DNA of 64,000 bases from Syntrophaceae bacterium UBA5764 (GCA_002418825.1 DIEW01000015.1:157-64156); one strand, 5' to 3'; shown: positions 18,873-29,021, counted from the stretch's first letter. The notes: generated by a model from the sequence alone, not told the origin. Translations and numbers: made by a program.

Positions 18873-19639
18873 TTATCCAAAATAAAATTAAAGCGGTTCA
18901 CCAGCCACGGCTCATCTCCGCCGTCATAATTTTTTTCAATAAAAGTAACGCGACGGTTCTTACCGATGAGTAAAACCGTGGACGAGCGCGTGCCGTAATG
19001 GGGACTTTTAATAAAAATGGGCGAAAGAACTTTTTCCCATTCTTTATCCACTCCTGTAGAGGGTAGTTTTTCCGGCGGCGGGAAGCGCCGGTCGGATAAA
19101 AGCGCGAACAGCGCTTCTTCCATCGCTGCTCGCTTGCTTTTGAGCGCTTCTTTCATCAGTTTTTTCCCCCGGACAACTTTCGGCCAGGGCGTATTCAGAA
19201 GGTGATTGCTGAGGCCGTGAATCCCCGCCGTTATTTTTTGTTTTTCCCCACCGCGGTTGGAATAATAATAAAAGCCGCCGCTATCCTGAAGAATCAAATT
19301 GTAGCCGTTATATTTTGCATCCTGTCTGCTGATTTTCTTAATGAATTCTTCCGCATTATTTTTGTCGCCTAAAAAATCTTTTACCAGTTTGCCGCGCGAC
19401 TTAGCATCGAACATAAAAGATGCCGGATCGCGGTAGTTGGTTATCGCGGCGAATTTTCCCTGCCGAGTGATGCCCAGCCAGGTGCCTTTTTCCTTTAAAT
19501 CTCGCCCCGCCAGCAGATCGGGATAATCTTTCCAGAAATCGGCGGATGCGGAAGGCCGGTCATAAAATTCATCGCGGTTAGCCGCTAAAACAAGCTTGTA
19601 GGAAGGATGAACATCGTAGGCAAAAATTATCAGGCACAT
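18869..19639 (-). CDS. NRDE family protein (TANGO2-like)
   Basis: N-terminal MCLI.. and the LAANRDEFYDRP signature. Confidence 0.8.
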   Translation of the reverse strand: MCLIIFAYDVHPSYKLVLAANRDEFYDRPSASADFWKDYPDLLAGRDLKEKGTWLGITRQGKFAAITNYRDPASFMFDAKSRGKLVKDFLGDKNNAEEFIKKISRQDAKYNGYNLILQDSGGFYYYSNRGGEKQKITAGIHGLSNHLLNTPWPKVVRGKKLMKEALKSKRAAMEEALFALLSDRRFPPPEKLPSTGVDKEWEKVLSPIFIKSPHYGTRSSTVLLIGKNRRVTFIEKNYDGGDEPWLVNRFNFILDK

Positions 19640-19655
19640 TATTATTTTTTAGTAT

Positions 19656-20420
19656 TTAAATTTTTTCTTTTACTTTTTCGATTATCCGCGACATCGCTTC
19701 TCCCGCGGGCGCTTCAATGCGCACATCGGCGATATCGTCCTGCTGAGTTTCCCCCAGATTTATGATGGCGATTTTCGCGCCGGCTCTTTTGGCGTAAAGC
19801 GGGAGATAGGCCGCCGGATAAACAAACAAAGTGGAGCCGATCACCAAAAGAAAATCGCAGGTGCTTGCTTCCTTTGTGGCGCGGGCTAAAACGGTCTGCG
19901 GCAGCATCTCGCCGAAGAATACAACATCGGGTTTGAGAATGCCGTGGCATGATTCGCAGGAAAGAACGTATTCGGGCGAGGGGACATCTTTTTGGGCGAT
20001 ATCTATGGGATAGCGTTTATGGCATTGCAGGCAGACGATCCTCTGCATGTTGCCGTGCAGTTCGTAGATCAGATGCGGGGAGTTGCCGGCTTTCTGATGC
20101 AGGTTGTCCACGTTCTGCGTGATGACGGAACTTAATTTTCCCATTTTTTCCAGCTCGGCCACCGCGTAGTGCGCACGATTTGGTCGGACATCGGTCATCA
20201 GGCCGCCTTCTCTGAGGTGCTGCCAGATTCGCCGGCGCGTTTCTTCCGAACTTAGAAATCTGTCAATGGTGTAATCGTTGGGGTCAACTTTAGTCCACAA
20301 TCCCTGCGGACCGCGAAAATCCGGAATGCCCGATTCCGTGCTGATGCCCGCGCCGGTAAAAACAACGATTCTTTTCGACGCCACAATTGTTTCCGCTATT
20401 TTACTGATTTGTGCTTCCAT
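19656..20420 (-). CDS. cobB: NAD-dependent protein deacylase (sirtuin, Sir2/CobB family)
   Basis: GAGISTESGIPDFRG, catalytic ELHGN, and the Zn ribbon CLQC..CESC. Confidence 0.9.
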   Translation of the reverse strand: MEAQISKIAETIVASKRIVVFTGAGISTESGIPDFRGPQGLWTKVDPNDYTIDRFLSSEETRRRIWQHLREGGLMTDVRPNRAHYAVAELEKMGKLSSVITQNVDNLHQKAGNSPHLIYELHGNMQRIVCLQCHKRYPIDIAQKDVPSPEYVLSCESCHGILKPDVVFFGEMLPQTVLARATKEASTCDFLLVIGSTLFVYPAAYLPLYAKRAGAKIAIINLGETQQDDIADVRIEAPAGEAMSRIIEKVKEKI

Positions 20421-20581
20421 AATTCAGTTAATACCTCTTTTGCTGATGAAATATATTTTCTAAAATACATCAACTTTTAGTAAAAGCAAAAGGAAAAAGA
20501 GGGTAAAACTGAAAAGCTGAATAAGGATAATAAATTACGAAAATAAAAGGTTTGCGCGCGGAATTTCTTGCACGGCAGAGG

Positions 20582-21355
20582 TCAAAATAAAATTTTGGCT
20601 GTTTTGTCCAGTACGTCTTTTAGTTTTCCGGCATCGCCGGATTTAATCAGTGTACGGATATCGGCCAGAGTTTTTTCGTAAAGCTCTATTATTTTGACAG
20701 TATCCTGATTGCGCGTGATGATGTCAGCGTAAAGCTCCGGGCTTTCGGCAAAAACTTTTTTGACAATTTCCATTTTGGCGCGCAAAACAGGAGTGGAATA
20801 ATTAGCAAGTTCCCGAGGATTAATTTTTGATGCGGCGATGGTCATGCCCAGAGAAATGGTGTGCAGATGATTGAGCACCTGCACAACGGCCATCATTTTA
20901 TCGTGGTGCGCGGGACTCGTTTCCAAAACTTTATAGTTATTATTTTGGAAAAGCTCTTTAATCCAGACAATCCACTTTACGCCGCGCGCAGGGCACAGGA
21001 TGATATTTTGTCCGGAAAAATCCGGCATGTTCGGGCCAAAGAGCGGATGGCAACCGATTACTTCCGCGCTTGTGCTCGCCAGCATCCACTCCACCGGATC
21101 TTTTTTGAGCGAGGTCAAATCCATCAGCAGTTTGTTTTCGTGGAGCAGCGGCCCGACTTCTCTGATGACTTTTTCTGTAGCGGCAACCGGCACGGCCACG
21201 GCGACAACATCGCAAAGCCCGGCAATATCTTTTATACTCAGAGGCGTTTTGCGGCCGCAGATGTGCACCTTGCAATTTTCTTTTTGCAGCAAGGCGGCCA
21301 GCCAGCTGCCCATGCTGCGCGTGCCCCCGATAATGCCCACAGAAATATTATCCAT
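20582..21355 (-). CDS. tyrA: prephenate dehydrogenase
   Basis: N-terminal Rossmann IIGGTRSMGSWLA, a PDH-family C-terminal helical domain, and operon context. Confidence 0.8.
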   Translation of the reverse strand: MDNISVGIIGGTRSMGSWLAALLQKENCKVHICGRKTPLSIKDIAGLCDVVAVAVPVAATEKVIREVGPLLHENKLLMDLTSLKKDPVEWMLASTSAEVIGCHPLFGPNMPDFSGQNIILCPARGVKWIVWIKELFQNNNYKVLETSPAHHDKMMAVVQVLNHLHTISLGMTIAASKINPRELANYSTPVLRAKMEIVKKVFAESPELYADIITRNQDTVKIIELYEKTLADIRTLIKSGDAGKLKDVLDKTAKILF

Positions 21356-22427
21356 TGATTACCGCCCTTTGCCGCAAGAGGTGATCAGCCAAAACAATGC
21401 AAACCATTGCTTCGCATACCGGCACGATTCGCGGTATCACACAGACATCGTGTCTGCCGCTGATTTCAATTTTTCTTTCTTTTCCTTTTGTGTCCAATGT
21501 TTTTTGTTCCTGACCGATAGATGGTATGGGCTTACAATAAGCCCGCAAAATAATATTTTGGCCAGTGGTGATTCCCGCGAGAATTCCGCCGGCATGATTT
21601 GTCTGAAATCCTTTTTTATTCATTTGGTCGTTTATCTGTGAGCCCGCTTTTTGGGCAACCGCGCAGCCGTCGCCGATTTCCACAGCCTTGACCGTGCCGA
21701 TGCTCATCAGCGCTTTGGTCAGGTCCGCGTCCATCTTATCGAAAACCGGCTCGCCCAGTCCCGCCGGAACACCGCGCGCAATGATTTCCACCACCCCGCC
21801 CAGTGAGTCTTTATCCTTCCGCACTGCGGCAATCTTTTCTTCCATAGCGGTCGCCGCCTTTTCGTCGGGACAAAAAAGAGCATTGGCGTGCGTTAGGTGC
21901 AGTAATTCCCTGCCCGTCGGAATGTTTTTGCGGTCGATTTCAATGCCGCCGATGGCTACGGTATAAGCCAAAACCTCCATGCCGGCACGCGCGATAACTT
22001 TTTCCGCGACTGCTCCCGCGGCCACGCGCGCCACCGTTTCTCTGCCGGAGGCACGCCCGCCGCCCCGCCAGTCACGCTGACCGTATTTTTTCCAATAAGT
22101 AAAATCGCCCTGTCCGGGGCGGAAAATATCTTTTAAATTAAGATAAGCGGAAGAATCAGCGCCGGCGTTTCTGATCAAAAGAGAAATAGGCGTGCCGGTG
22201 GTTCTTCCTTCGAAAACTCCGGAAAGAATTTCCACCTTGTCTGCCTCTTTTCTTTTGGTGGAAGAAATTGTTTTTGACGGCCGTCTTCTGTCAAGTGCCG
22301 CTTGAATATCTTTTTCTGCCAGAGCAATTCCCGCCGGGCAGCCGTCCACGACTGCACCAAGGGCTGTTCCGTGTGATTCCCCCCATGTGGTAACGCGAAA
22401 AACACTACCTGTCGTATTTCCGGCCAT
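21348..22427 (-). CDS. aroC: chorismate synthase
   Basis: TTWGESHG and GRHDVCV blocks. GGGAG RBS. Confidence 0.92.
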   Translation of the reverse strand: MAGNTTGSVFRVTTWGESHGTALGAVVDGCPAGIALAEKDIQAALDRRRPSKTISSTKRKEADKVEILSGVFEGRTTGTPISLLIRNAGADSSAYLNLKDIFRPGQGDFTYWKKYGQRDWRGGGRASGRETVARVAAGAVAEKVIARAGMEVLAYTVAIGGIEIDRKNIPTGRELLHLTHANALFCPDEKAATAMEEKIAAVRKDKDSLGGVVEIIARGVPAGLGEPVFDKMDADLTKALMSIGTVKAVEIGDGCAVAQKAGSQINDQMNKKGFQTNHAGGILAGITTGQNIILRAYCKPIPSIGQEQKTLDTKGKERKIEISGRHDVCVIPRIVPVCEAMVCIVLADHLLRQRAVING

Positions 22428-22455
22428 AATATCTCCCGAAAAAAAGTTTTGCCGT

Positions 22456-23022
22456 TTAGTTGATATCGGACAATTTTTTGTTTTTCAAAATATTTATGAG
22501 CATCCCTGTTTCCACAAGGTGTTGATAAATTTCTTCTCCTACTTCTACAATGCTTTTCTGTGCTGTTTCTACCGTATAGTCCGCTGCTTGTTTGTACAGA
22601 GTGTCCCTTTCGTTAACCATTTTTATGGTTTCTTCCACGATGTTCCAATCTGTAAATTGCGGACGGACCACCCCATCCGGTCTTTTGTTGTTGAGTCTGC
22701 TGATGATATCATTAAGCGGTGCGTTAAGCCAGACAACAAATCCGTTTTTTTTAAGAGAAGCAACATTGTCCTTATCCAGCACCACTCCGCCGCCCGTGGC
22801 GATGATACAAGCCTTTTGCTTTTCCAGGGCTTGCACGGCATCTTTCTCCCCGGCGCGGAAGAAGCCCCAACCATGAGTCGCAACAATATCAGCAATGGGC
22901 ATTTTTATATTTTCTTCCACCAGCGTATCTGTGTCAAAAAACGGCAGATTCAGTTTGAAGGCAAGATGTTTTCCGACTGTGGATTTTCCGGTTGTGCGAT
23001 AGCCGATTAGAACGATATTCAT
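22456..23022 (-). CDS. aroK: shikimate kinase
   Basis: Walker A GYRTTGKSTVG and the ATGGG block. ATGA overlap with aroA. Confidence 0.9.
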   Translation of the reverse strand: MNIVLIGYRTTGKSTVGKHLAFKLNLPFFDTDTLVEENIKMPIADIVATHGWGFFRAGEKDAVQALEKQKACIIATGGGVVLDKDNVASLKKNGFVVWLNAPLNDIISRLNNKRPDGVVRPQFTDWNIVEETIKMVNERDTLYKQAADYTVETAQKSIVEVGEEIYQHLVETGMLINILKNKKLSDIN

Positions 23023-24272
23023 ATTTTGCCCAGTTCCTCCCAGAATTCGGGGAATGATTTATCCACGCATTTTTTGTCGGTTATTTCAATGCCGGTAACA
23101 GCCAGCGCGGCAACAGCGAAACTCATCGCAATCCGGTGATCGTTGTACGTTTGAATTTTTGCCGGCTTCATTTTGCCTCCGGCAATGATTAGCCCGCCTG
23201 CTGTTTCTTCAGCTTTGATACCCGCACGTTTTAGCTCCGCCGCCATCGCCGTCAGACGGTCGCTTTCTTTTATTCTTAAATGTTCCACATTCGTTATGGT
23301 TGTCTTGCCACGACGGAAAGCGGCCAGCACAGCCAGCGTGGGCACCATGTCCGGCATGTCATTAAGATCGAAAATGAAATCACCCTCGGTAAGGTTGTTT
23401 CCCGTAACTTCCACCCAGTCTTCCCGCGCCTCTATATGGCAGCCGAGTTTTTCCAGAATCTCCAGCAGATGGATATCGCCCTGGCAGCTTTTACGGCTGA
23501 TTCCCATTACACGGATGGGACGCTGCAGGAGTGCGGCGGCCAGGAAAAAGTAGGAAGCGCTGGAAGCGTCTCCTTCCACGCGGTATTCACGACCCTGATA
23601 TGAATTTTGTCCCTTTACGGTGTATTTATTTTTTTCTTTTTCAATTTTGATGCCGAATTCCCGCATCGCCGCTACGGTCAAGTCGATGTAAGGCACCGAA
23701 GACACGCGCCCGCGCAAGGTAAGTTCGATGCCCTGCCGGGTGTAAGGCGCGCAGAGAAGAAGAGCGGAAACATATTGAGAGCTTTCCACGTCCCTGAGGG
23801 ATATTTTACCGCCGGCAAGTCCGTTGGCGTTTATTGTGACCGGCGGGCAATCGCTGGTGCAGGTAATATGCGCCCCCATTTTTTTCAACGCTTCGGCAAG
23901 CGCGCCTACCGGCCGCTCGCGAAGACGTTTTTCTCCGGTTAAAATATATTGGCCTTGACCCAGGCAAACCAGCGCCGTGAGAAAGCGCAGCGCCGTGCCG
24001 TTGTTCCCCAGAAAAATCTGCCGGTCGGTGTTTGCCAGTTTTCCTGCCGTGCCGTTCACATACAGGCCGCCGGAGACGGAAACAATCTGCGCGCCCAGAA
24101 TGCGGAGTCCCTCCATCAAATAATTTGTGTCTTCGGAAATTAGAGGATTGCTGATAAAAGAATTATCACGCGCCAACGCGGCGATCACCAGCGCCCTTTG
24201 CGTCAGACTTTTGGAGCCGGGGACGCGCACTATTTTGGGCGGCGCCGTCAAGGATAAATTATCGTTGTTCAA
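23019..24272 (-). CDS. aroA: 3-phosphoshikimate 1-carboxyvinyltransferase (EPSP synthase)
   Basis: VPGSKSLTQRAL, and LGNNGTALRFL. TTG start is uncertain. Confidence 0.9.
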   Translation of the reverse strand: MNNDNLSLTAPPKIVRVPGSKSLTQRALVIAALARDNSFISNPLISEDTNYLMEGLRILGAQIVSVSGGLYVNGTAGKLANTDRQIFLGNNGTALRFLTALVCLGQGQYILTGEKRLRERPVGALAEALKKMGAHITCTSDCPPVTINANGLAGGKISLRDVESSQYVSALLLCAPYTRQGIELTLRGRVSSVPYIDLTVAAMREFGIKIEKEKNKYTVKGQNSYQGREYRVEGDASSASYFFLAAALLQRPIRVMGISRKSCQGDIHLLEILEKLGCHIEAREDWVEVTGNNLTEGDFIFDLNDMPDMVPTLAVLAAFRRGKTTITNVEHLRIKESDRLTAMAAELKRAGIKAEETAGGLIIAGGKMKPAKIQTYNDHRIAMSFAVAALAVTGIEITDKKCVDKSFPEFWEELGKI

Positions 24273-25824
24273 GAGTGGTAAGCCTTTCTAAAACTATTTT
24301 TTTCATCAATGCCACAGGCGGTTCCTTTTTTGTCCAAAATTTGAGCTGCGCCGCTCCTTGGTGGACAAACATCCCCACGCCAGAAAGCGCCCGGCAACCC
24401 TGGGCTGCAGCATCTTTTAATAACTTGGTTTGCAATGGATTGTATACGGCATCCATAACATATTTGTAACCTTTAAGCACTGTCTTTGGCACGGGTGATT
24501 TCGAAGTTTGCGGATGCATACCCACAGGTGTTGTATTGATTAAGCAGTCAGCCTTGATTTTGGCGATTTGATTAAGTGGATAAAAAGAGCAGCCGAAATG
24601 CTCGGCCATGATTTTTGCCCTTGATACAGTGCGGTTGACCAAAATCGGTAAGCCGCCTTCTTTGATTATTCCGTAAACGGCCGCCCGCGCCGTTCCTCCC
24701 GCGCCGACAATAACGAAAGTCTTATCCTTAATCTTCATTTCTTCTTTGAGCGTCATGATAAGCCCCAGCCAGTCTGTATTCGTGCCGGTTAATTTTCCTT
24801 CGCTGTTGATGATGGTATTTACCGCGCCGATTTTCAATGTGTCTTCGTCAATATCGTCGAGATACCGCATTACTTCAACCTTAAAAGGAATGGTGACGCT
24901 GGCGCCGCGGACGTTCAGCGCTTTCATGCCGCGTAAGGCATCATCCAAATCCAAAACGCAACAGGCGCTGTATGCTTCCGGCACGCCTATTTCTCTTAAA
25001 GCCGTATTATGCATCAAAGGGGACAAACTGTGCCTTACCGGGTTACCGAGCAAAATAAAATTGTGCGGCGTTTCCTTCTGTAATCTTTCTGCCGGTTGCG
25101 CCTTTTTCTCGCCCAGTGTTTTTTTAATTGAAATCATTTCACGGACGGTTAGCTGTCCCGGCGCTGACTGCTCCTGTGTTTCCAGCGCGACAAAATTCAA
25201 AAAGTTTCCCATAGCCGGCGCGGCAATTCTGCTCAGACGCCCGGCATCACCCATACACAAAGCGATGATATCCTGGCCGCGTTGACGTGCGTAAGGTATC
25301 AGGCTCAACACCTTAAGGTTGTCTTCATCTTGTTCGGCGAATGTTACAATTTTAACCACAGCCGGTTTTTCTTTCATGCAGCGATGAAATATCTCTTTTA
25401 ATTTAGTTGGCGGAGGGGTCTTTTTAACGTCATGATAAGAGATGATGATTTTTGTTTTACTGCCCTGCCGAATGCACAAATTTTTTAATTTGGTAATGTT
25501 TTTCCCCCCTTCCGCCAGTTCTATGTCAATGAAATCAGCGCCCAGAATTATGGCTTCCCGCAGTAGGCCGAATTTTTGCGCCCTTGTTTTTGTATTTTTT
25601 GCTTTTACATTTTTTTTCGCACTAAGAGCCTCATCTTTTCTCCGGCAGGTGACGATGATTTTGATGCCCGGAGAAATCCGGCGGGCGGCGCTGATTAATT
25701 GAGGCAAATTGCCGTCGGTTATCAAGTCCATTCTCAGCTCGATACAATCGGCCGCCAGACACCCCTTGCGCACGGCAAGCAGGGCTTCTTTATTTGTCGC
25801 GGATGTGATAGAAACGCAAATCAT
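24259..25824 (-). CDS. aroDE: bifunctional type I 3-dehydroquinate dehydratase / shikimate 5-dehydrogenase fusion
   Basis: 521 aa. The N-terminal half is AroD-like; the C-terminal half is AroE with GAGGTARA NADP(H) motif. Confidence 0.85.
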   Translation of the reverse strand: MICVSITSATNKEALLAVRKGCLAADCIELRMDLITDGNLPQLISAARRISPGIKIIVTCRRKDEALSAKKNVKAKNTKTRAQKFGLLREAIILGADFIDIELAEGGKNITKLKNLCIRQGSKTKIIISYHDVKKTPPPTKLKEIFHRCMKEKPAVVKIVTFAEQDEDNLKVLSLIPYARQRGQDIIALCMGDAGRLSRIAAPAMGNFLNFVALETQEQSAPGQLTVREMISIKKTLGEKKAQPAERLQKETPHNFILLGNPVRHSLSPLMHNTALREIGVPEAYSACCVLDLDDALRGMKALNVRGASVTIPFKVEVMRYLDDIDEDTLKIGAVNTIINSEGKLTGTNTDWLGLIMTLKEEMKIKDKTFVIVGAGGTARAAVYGIIKEGGLPILVNRTVSRAKIMAEHFGCSFYPLNQIAKIKADCLINTTPVGMHPQTSKSPVPKTVLKGYKYVMDAVYNPLQTKLLKDAAAQGCRALSGVGMFVHQGAAQLKFWTKKEPPVALMKKIVLERLTTLEQR

Positions 25825-26903
25825 AATCTGCCTTCTGCTTTCGGGTATGAACCTAAAATTTTTAACAATGTCGTTTTATCTTTCAACTCTTTCAGGCATG
25901 CACCGGTATGTTTATCCTCGCCATGCCCGATCATGTCCACAAAAAACAAGTATTCCCAGAGTCGTTGTTTGACCGGGTGGGATTCAATTTTGGCCAGGTT
26001 GATGTTGCGACTGGCAAACGAGGCAAGAGCGCGATGCAGCGCGCCGGGGGAGTCCGGCGTGGCGAAAAGCAGAGAAGTTTTATCGTTGCCGGTGACCTCA
26101 TTTTTTCTTCTGCCAATTACCAAAAAACGCGTCATGTTGGAAGAATTATCTTCTATGCCTTCCGCCAGAATGTTCAATCCGTAAATATTTGCGGCCAGCG
26201 CGCCGCCGATGGCGGCTTCGTCTTTTTTCCCGCGTACCATCTGCGCTGCCGCCGCCGTGCTCTGAGCATCACCCAGCTCACAATTCGGCAAATTTGTTTT
26301 AAGCCATACCTGGCATTGCGCCAGCGCGTGCGGGTGGGAATATACTTTCTTTATATCCGAAATATTTTCCGCCGAAGAAATCAAGCAGTGGCTTATGCGC
26401 AGATAAATTTCCGCGCATATCTGTAGGGAGGTGATGATTAACCTGTCCAGTGTAATATTCACCGAGCCCTCCAAAGAATTTTCTACCGGGACGACGCCCC
26501 AGTCGATGGCGCCTTTCTCCACTTCGTCAAAGACGCGCGCAATGCCGGTCTGCGGAAAAAAGCGACTGGATTCTCCGAAATGCGTTCGCGCGGCCTGATG
26601 AGAAAAAGATGCTTCGGGCCCTAAAAAAGCGACGGTTGTCATTTTCTGCAGGCTGCGTGAGGCGGAAATAATTTCGCGGAATATGGCGGTAACGGATTTG
26701 CCGTGCAGAGGGCCCTCGTTAAGTTCCTGCAGATAGCCGTGCACTCTGGCTTCCTGTGCCGGATCGTACACATCGATTCCGTCTTCGCCTTTGACCTTGC
26801 CGATTTCCACCGATATTTGGGCGCGTTCGTTCAACAGCCGGATGATTTCCCGGTCTTTTTCTTTCATCTTTGCTCTCAAAGCTTTAAGTCGCTCGCGCGT
26901 CAT
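25821..26903 (-). CDS. pheA: chorismate mutase / prephenate dehydratase (P-protein) with ACT domain
   Basis: N-terminal CM helix (LRAKMKEKDREIIRLLNERA), a PDT domain with the TRF motif (NMTRFLVIG), and a C-terminal ACT domain. Confidence 0.9.
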   Translation of the reverse strand: MTRERLKALRAKMKEKDREIIRLLNERAQISVEIGKVKGEDGIDVYDPAQEARVHGYLQELNEGPLHGKSVTAIFREIISASRSLQKMTTVAFLGPEASFSHQAARTHFGESSRFFPQTGIARVFDEVEKGAIDWGVVPVENSLEGSVNITLDRLIITSLQICAEIYLRISHCLISSAENISDIKKVYSHPHALAQCQVWLKTNLPNCELGDAQSTAAAAQMVRGKKDEAAIGGALAANIYGLNILAEGIEDNSSNMTRFLVIGRRKNEVTGNDKTSLLFATPDSPGALHRALASFASRNINLAKIESHPVKQRLWEYLFFVDMIGHGEDKHTGACLKELKDKTTLLKILGSYPKAEGRL

Positions 26904-27993
26904 TTTTCATCTCCTCGATAACTTCGTTGATCAGCCTTTTTTCAACTCCTCCGTTTACAAAAGGCATGCCTATTTTCTTCAGTAACACGAAATGAATTGT
27001 GTCCCCATTTTTTTTCTTATCCATCTGCAGACGCGTGATTATTTCTTGCGTGGGCAGTTTTGCCGGTATCTTTACCGGAAGCCCTGCCTTTTCCACAAGT
27101 TCTTTAATGCGTTTTGCCTCAGCGATATCAAGATACCCTTTTTTCGCGGAAATGAGCGCCGCCGCAATCATGCCCACCGCCACGCCTTCGCCGTGCGTCA
27201 TTTTATACATGGAAACGGCTTCCAGCGCGTGTCCCAGGGTATGGCCGTAGTTGAGAATACGCCGCAGTCCTTGTTCGCGTTCGTCTATTTCCACAATAGC
27301 TTTTTTGATCCGGCAGCAATTTTCTACAATCTTAACGAGCAAGGTGGAATCTTTTTGCCGTACTGCTTCCATGTTTTCTTCCAGAAGATAGAACATTTTT
27401 TCGTCATCAATAATGCCGTATTTGATTATTTCCGCCAGGCCGTTTTCGAATTCTTTGGCGGGGAGCGTTTCCAGAAAAGACAAATCCACAAATACCGCCG
27501 CCGGCTGATAAAATGTTCCCAGCAGATTTTTTCCGGTAGGCAAGTCAACGGCCGTTTTCCCGCCGATGGCGCTGTCAACTTGCGCCACGAGCGTTGTCGG
27601 AATCTGCACGTAAGGCACGCCGCGCATGTAAATGGAAGCGATAAATCCGACCATATCGCCCACCACGCCGCCGCCCAATGCTATCAGGCAGGTGCCTCTG
27701 TCGGCGCCGAGCTTCAGGAGTTTATCCGCAAGATCAAGGAGAGTATTGATGCTTTTGGAGGCCTCGCCCGCGGGAAAAGCGATAATGTCGGCGTTCAGAC
27801 CGATATTTTTTAATACGGTCAGGAAGTTTTTGCCGTGAAGAGGCGCCACGTTATCGTCCGTGACGATTACATGTCGCCCCGCCTTGTGATTTTTGGCGAT
27901 AAGCAGGGCGATTCTGTCGGCGATGCCGCGACCGATGTGGATTTCGTAGGATGATGAATATTTCTTATCCAGGTTAACTTTTATTGACCGCAT
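26884..27993 (-). CDS. aroB: 3-dehydroquinate synthase
   Basis: GGGVVGDMVGF and HTLGHALE. ATG at 27993 with GGAG 7 nt upstream is preferred over the TTG at 28014. Confidence 0.9.
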   Translation of the reverse strand: MRSIKVNLDKKYSSSYEIHIGRGIADRIALLIAKNHKAGRHVIVTDDNVAPLHGKNFLTVLKNIGLNADIIAFPAGEASKSINTLLDLADKLLKLGADRGTCLIALGGGVVGDMVGFIASIYMRGVPYVQIPTTLVAQVDSAIGGKTAVDLPTGKNLLGTFYQPAAVFVDLSFLETLPAKEFENGLAEIIKYGIIDDEKMFYLLEENMEAVRQKDSTLLVKIVENCCRIKKAIVEIDEREQGLRRILNYGHTLGHALEAVSMYKMTHGEGVAVGMIAAALISAKKGYLDIAEAKRIKELVEKAGLPVKIPAKLPTQEIITRLQMDKKKNGDTIHFVLLKKIGMPFVNGGVEKRLINEVIEEMKNDARAT

Positions 27994-28010
27994 ATCACTG
28001 CTCCGTTTTT

Positions 28011-29021
28011 TCAATGTTTGATTGCCGAAGAAAGCGTTTTTATCTCTTCCATTAACTGATAGAATTTTTCCGGCTTGAGCGATTGCGCTCCGTCAGAAAC
28101 GGCTTTTTCCGGCGTCGGATGCATTTCTACCAGAATACCATCGGCGCCCACGGCGACCGCGGCGCGGGAAAGCGGAATCACATATTGCCACTGACCCGCG
28201 GCGTGGCTCGGATCCACAATTACCGGCAGATGAGTAAGACTTTTCAAAACGGGAACCGCACTGATGTCCAGCGTGTTTCTTGTGGCCGTTTCAAACGTTC
28301 TGATGCCGCGTTCGCAAAGCATTACGTTTGGATTACCCGAAGAAAGAATGTATTCCGCCGACATCAAGAGCTCTTCTATTGTGGTCATCATGCCTCTTTT
28401 TAAAAGCACCGGCCTACGCGACCGACCGACCTTCTTGAGCAAAGGGAAGTTCTGAACATTGCGCGCGCCGATTTGCAATATATCCACATACGATTCCACC
28501 AGGTCCACATCCGCTGGATTAATAACCTCCGTGATCGTGGGCAGCCCCACGCGTGTTCGTACCTGTTCCAGAAGTTTCAGGCCTTCTTCCTCCATGCCTT
28601 GGAAGCTGTAAGGCGACGTTCGCGGCTTGTAGGCACCGCCGCGCAGAATCTGCGCGCCGCCTTTTTTGACGATATAGGCTGATTCCATCAGTTGCTCCTC
28701 GCTTTCCACCGCGCACGGTCCCGCCATCACCACAAAATCCGGGCCCCCGATTTCTATCGTACCAACGGAAATGACGGTATTGCCCTCGTGCGATTCCCGG
28801 CTGGCCAGTTTGTATGGTTTCAAAATGGGGATAGTTTTTTCCACGCCTTCAAGGAATTCAGCCTGTCTGATTCCTTCTTTCCCGCGCTCGTCGCCAATTA
28901 CTCCGATGATCGTGCGTTCGACCCCGTGCGATGGGTGAGCTTTGAAACCAAGAGATTCAATCCATCGGATTACCTCGGTTAACTGTTTTTCTGTTGCCTG
29001 CTTTTTCATGACAATTATCAT
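28011..29021 (-). CDS. aroF: 3-deoxy-7-phosphoheptulonate (DAHP) synthase, type I-beta with N-terminal ferredoxin-like regulatory domain
   Basis: KdsA-like core (GPCAVES, DPSHAAG) preceded by an ~65-aa extra domain as in Thermotoga-type enzymes. GGGAG RBS. Confidence 0.9.
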   Translation of the reverse strand: MIIVMKKQATEKQLTEVIRWIESLGFKAHPSHGVERTIIGVIGDERGKEGIRQAEFLEGVEKTIPILKPYKLASRESHEGNTVISVGTIEIGGPDFVVMAGPCAVESEEQLMESAYIVKKGGAQILRGGAYKPRTSPYSFQGMEEEGLKLLEQVRTRVGLPTITEVINPADVDLVESYVDILQIGARNVQNFPLLKKVGRSRRPVLLKRGMMTTIEELLMSAEYILSSGNPNVMLCERGIRTFETATRNTLDISAVPVLKSLTHLPVIVDPSHAAGQWQYVIPLSRAAVAVGADGILVEMHPTPEKAVSDGAQSLKPEKFYQLMEEIKTLSSAIKH

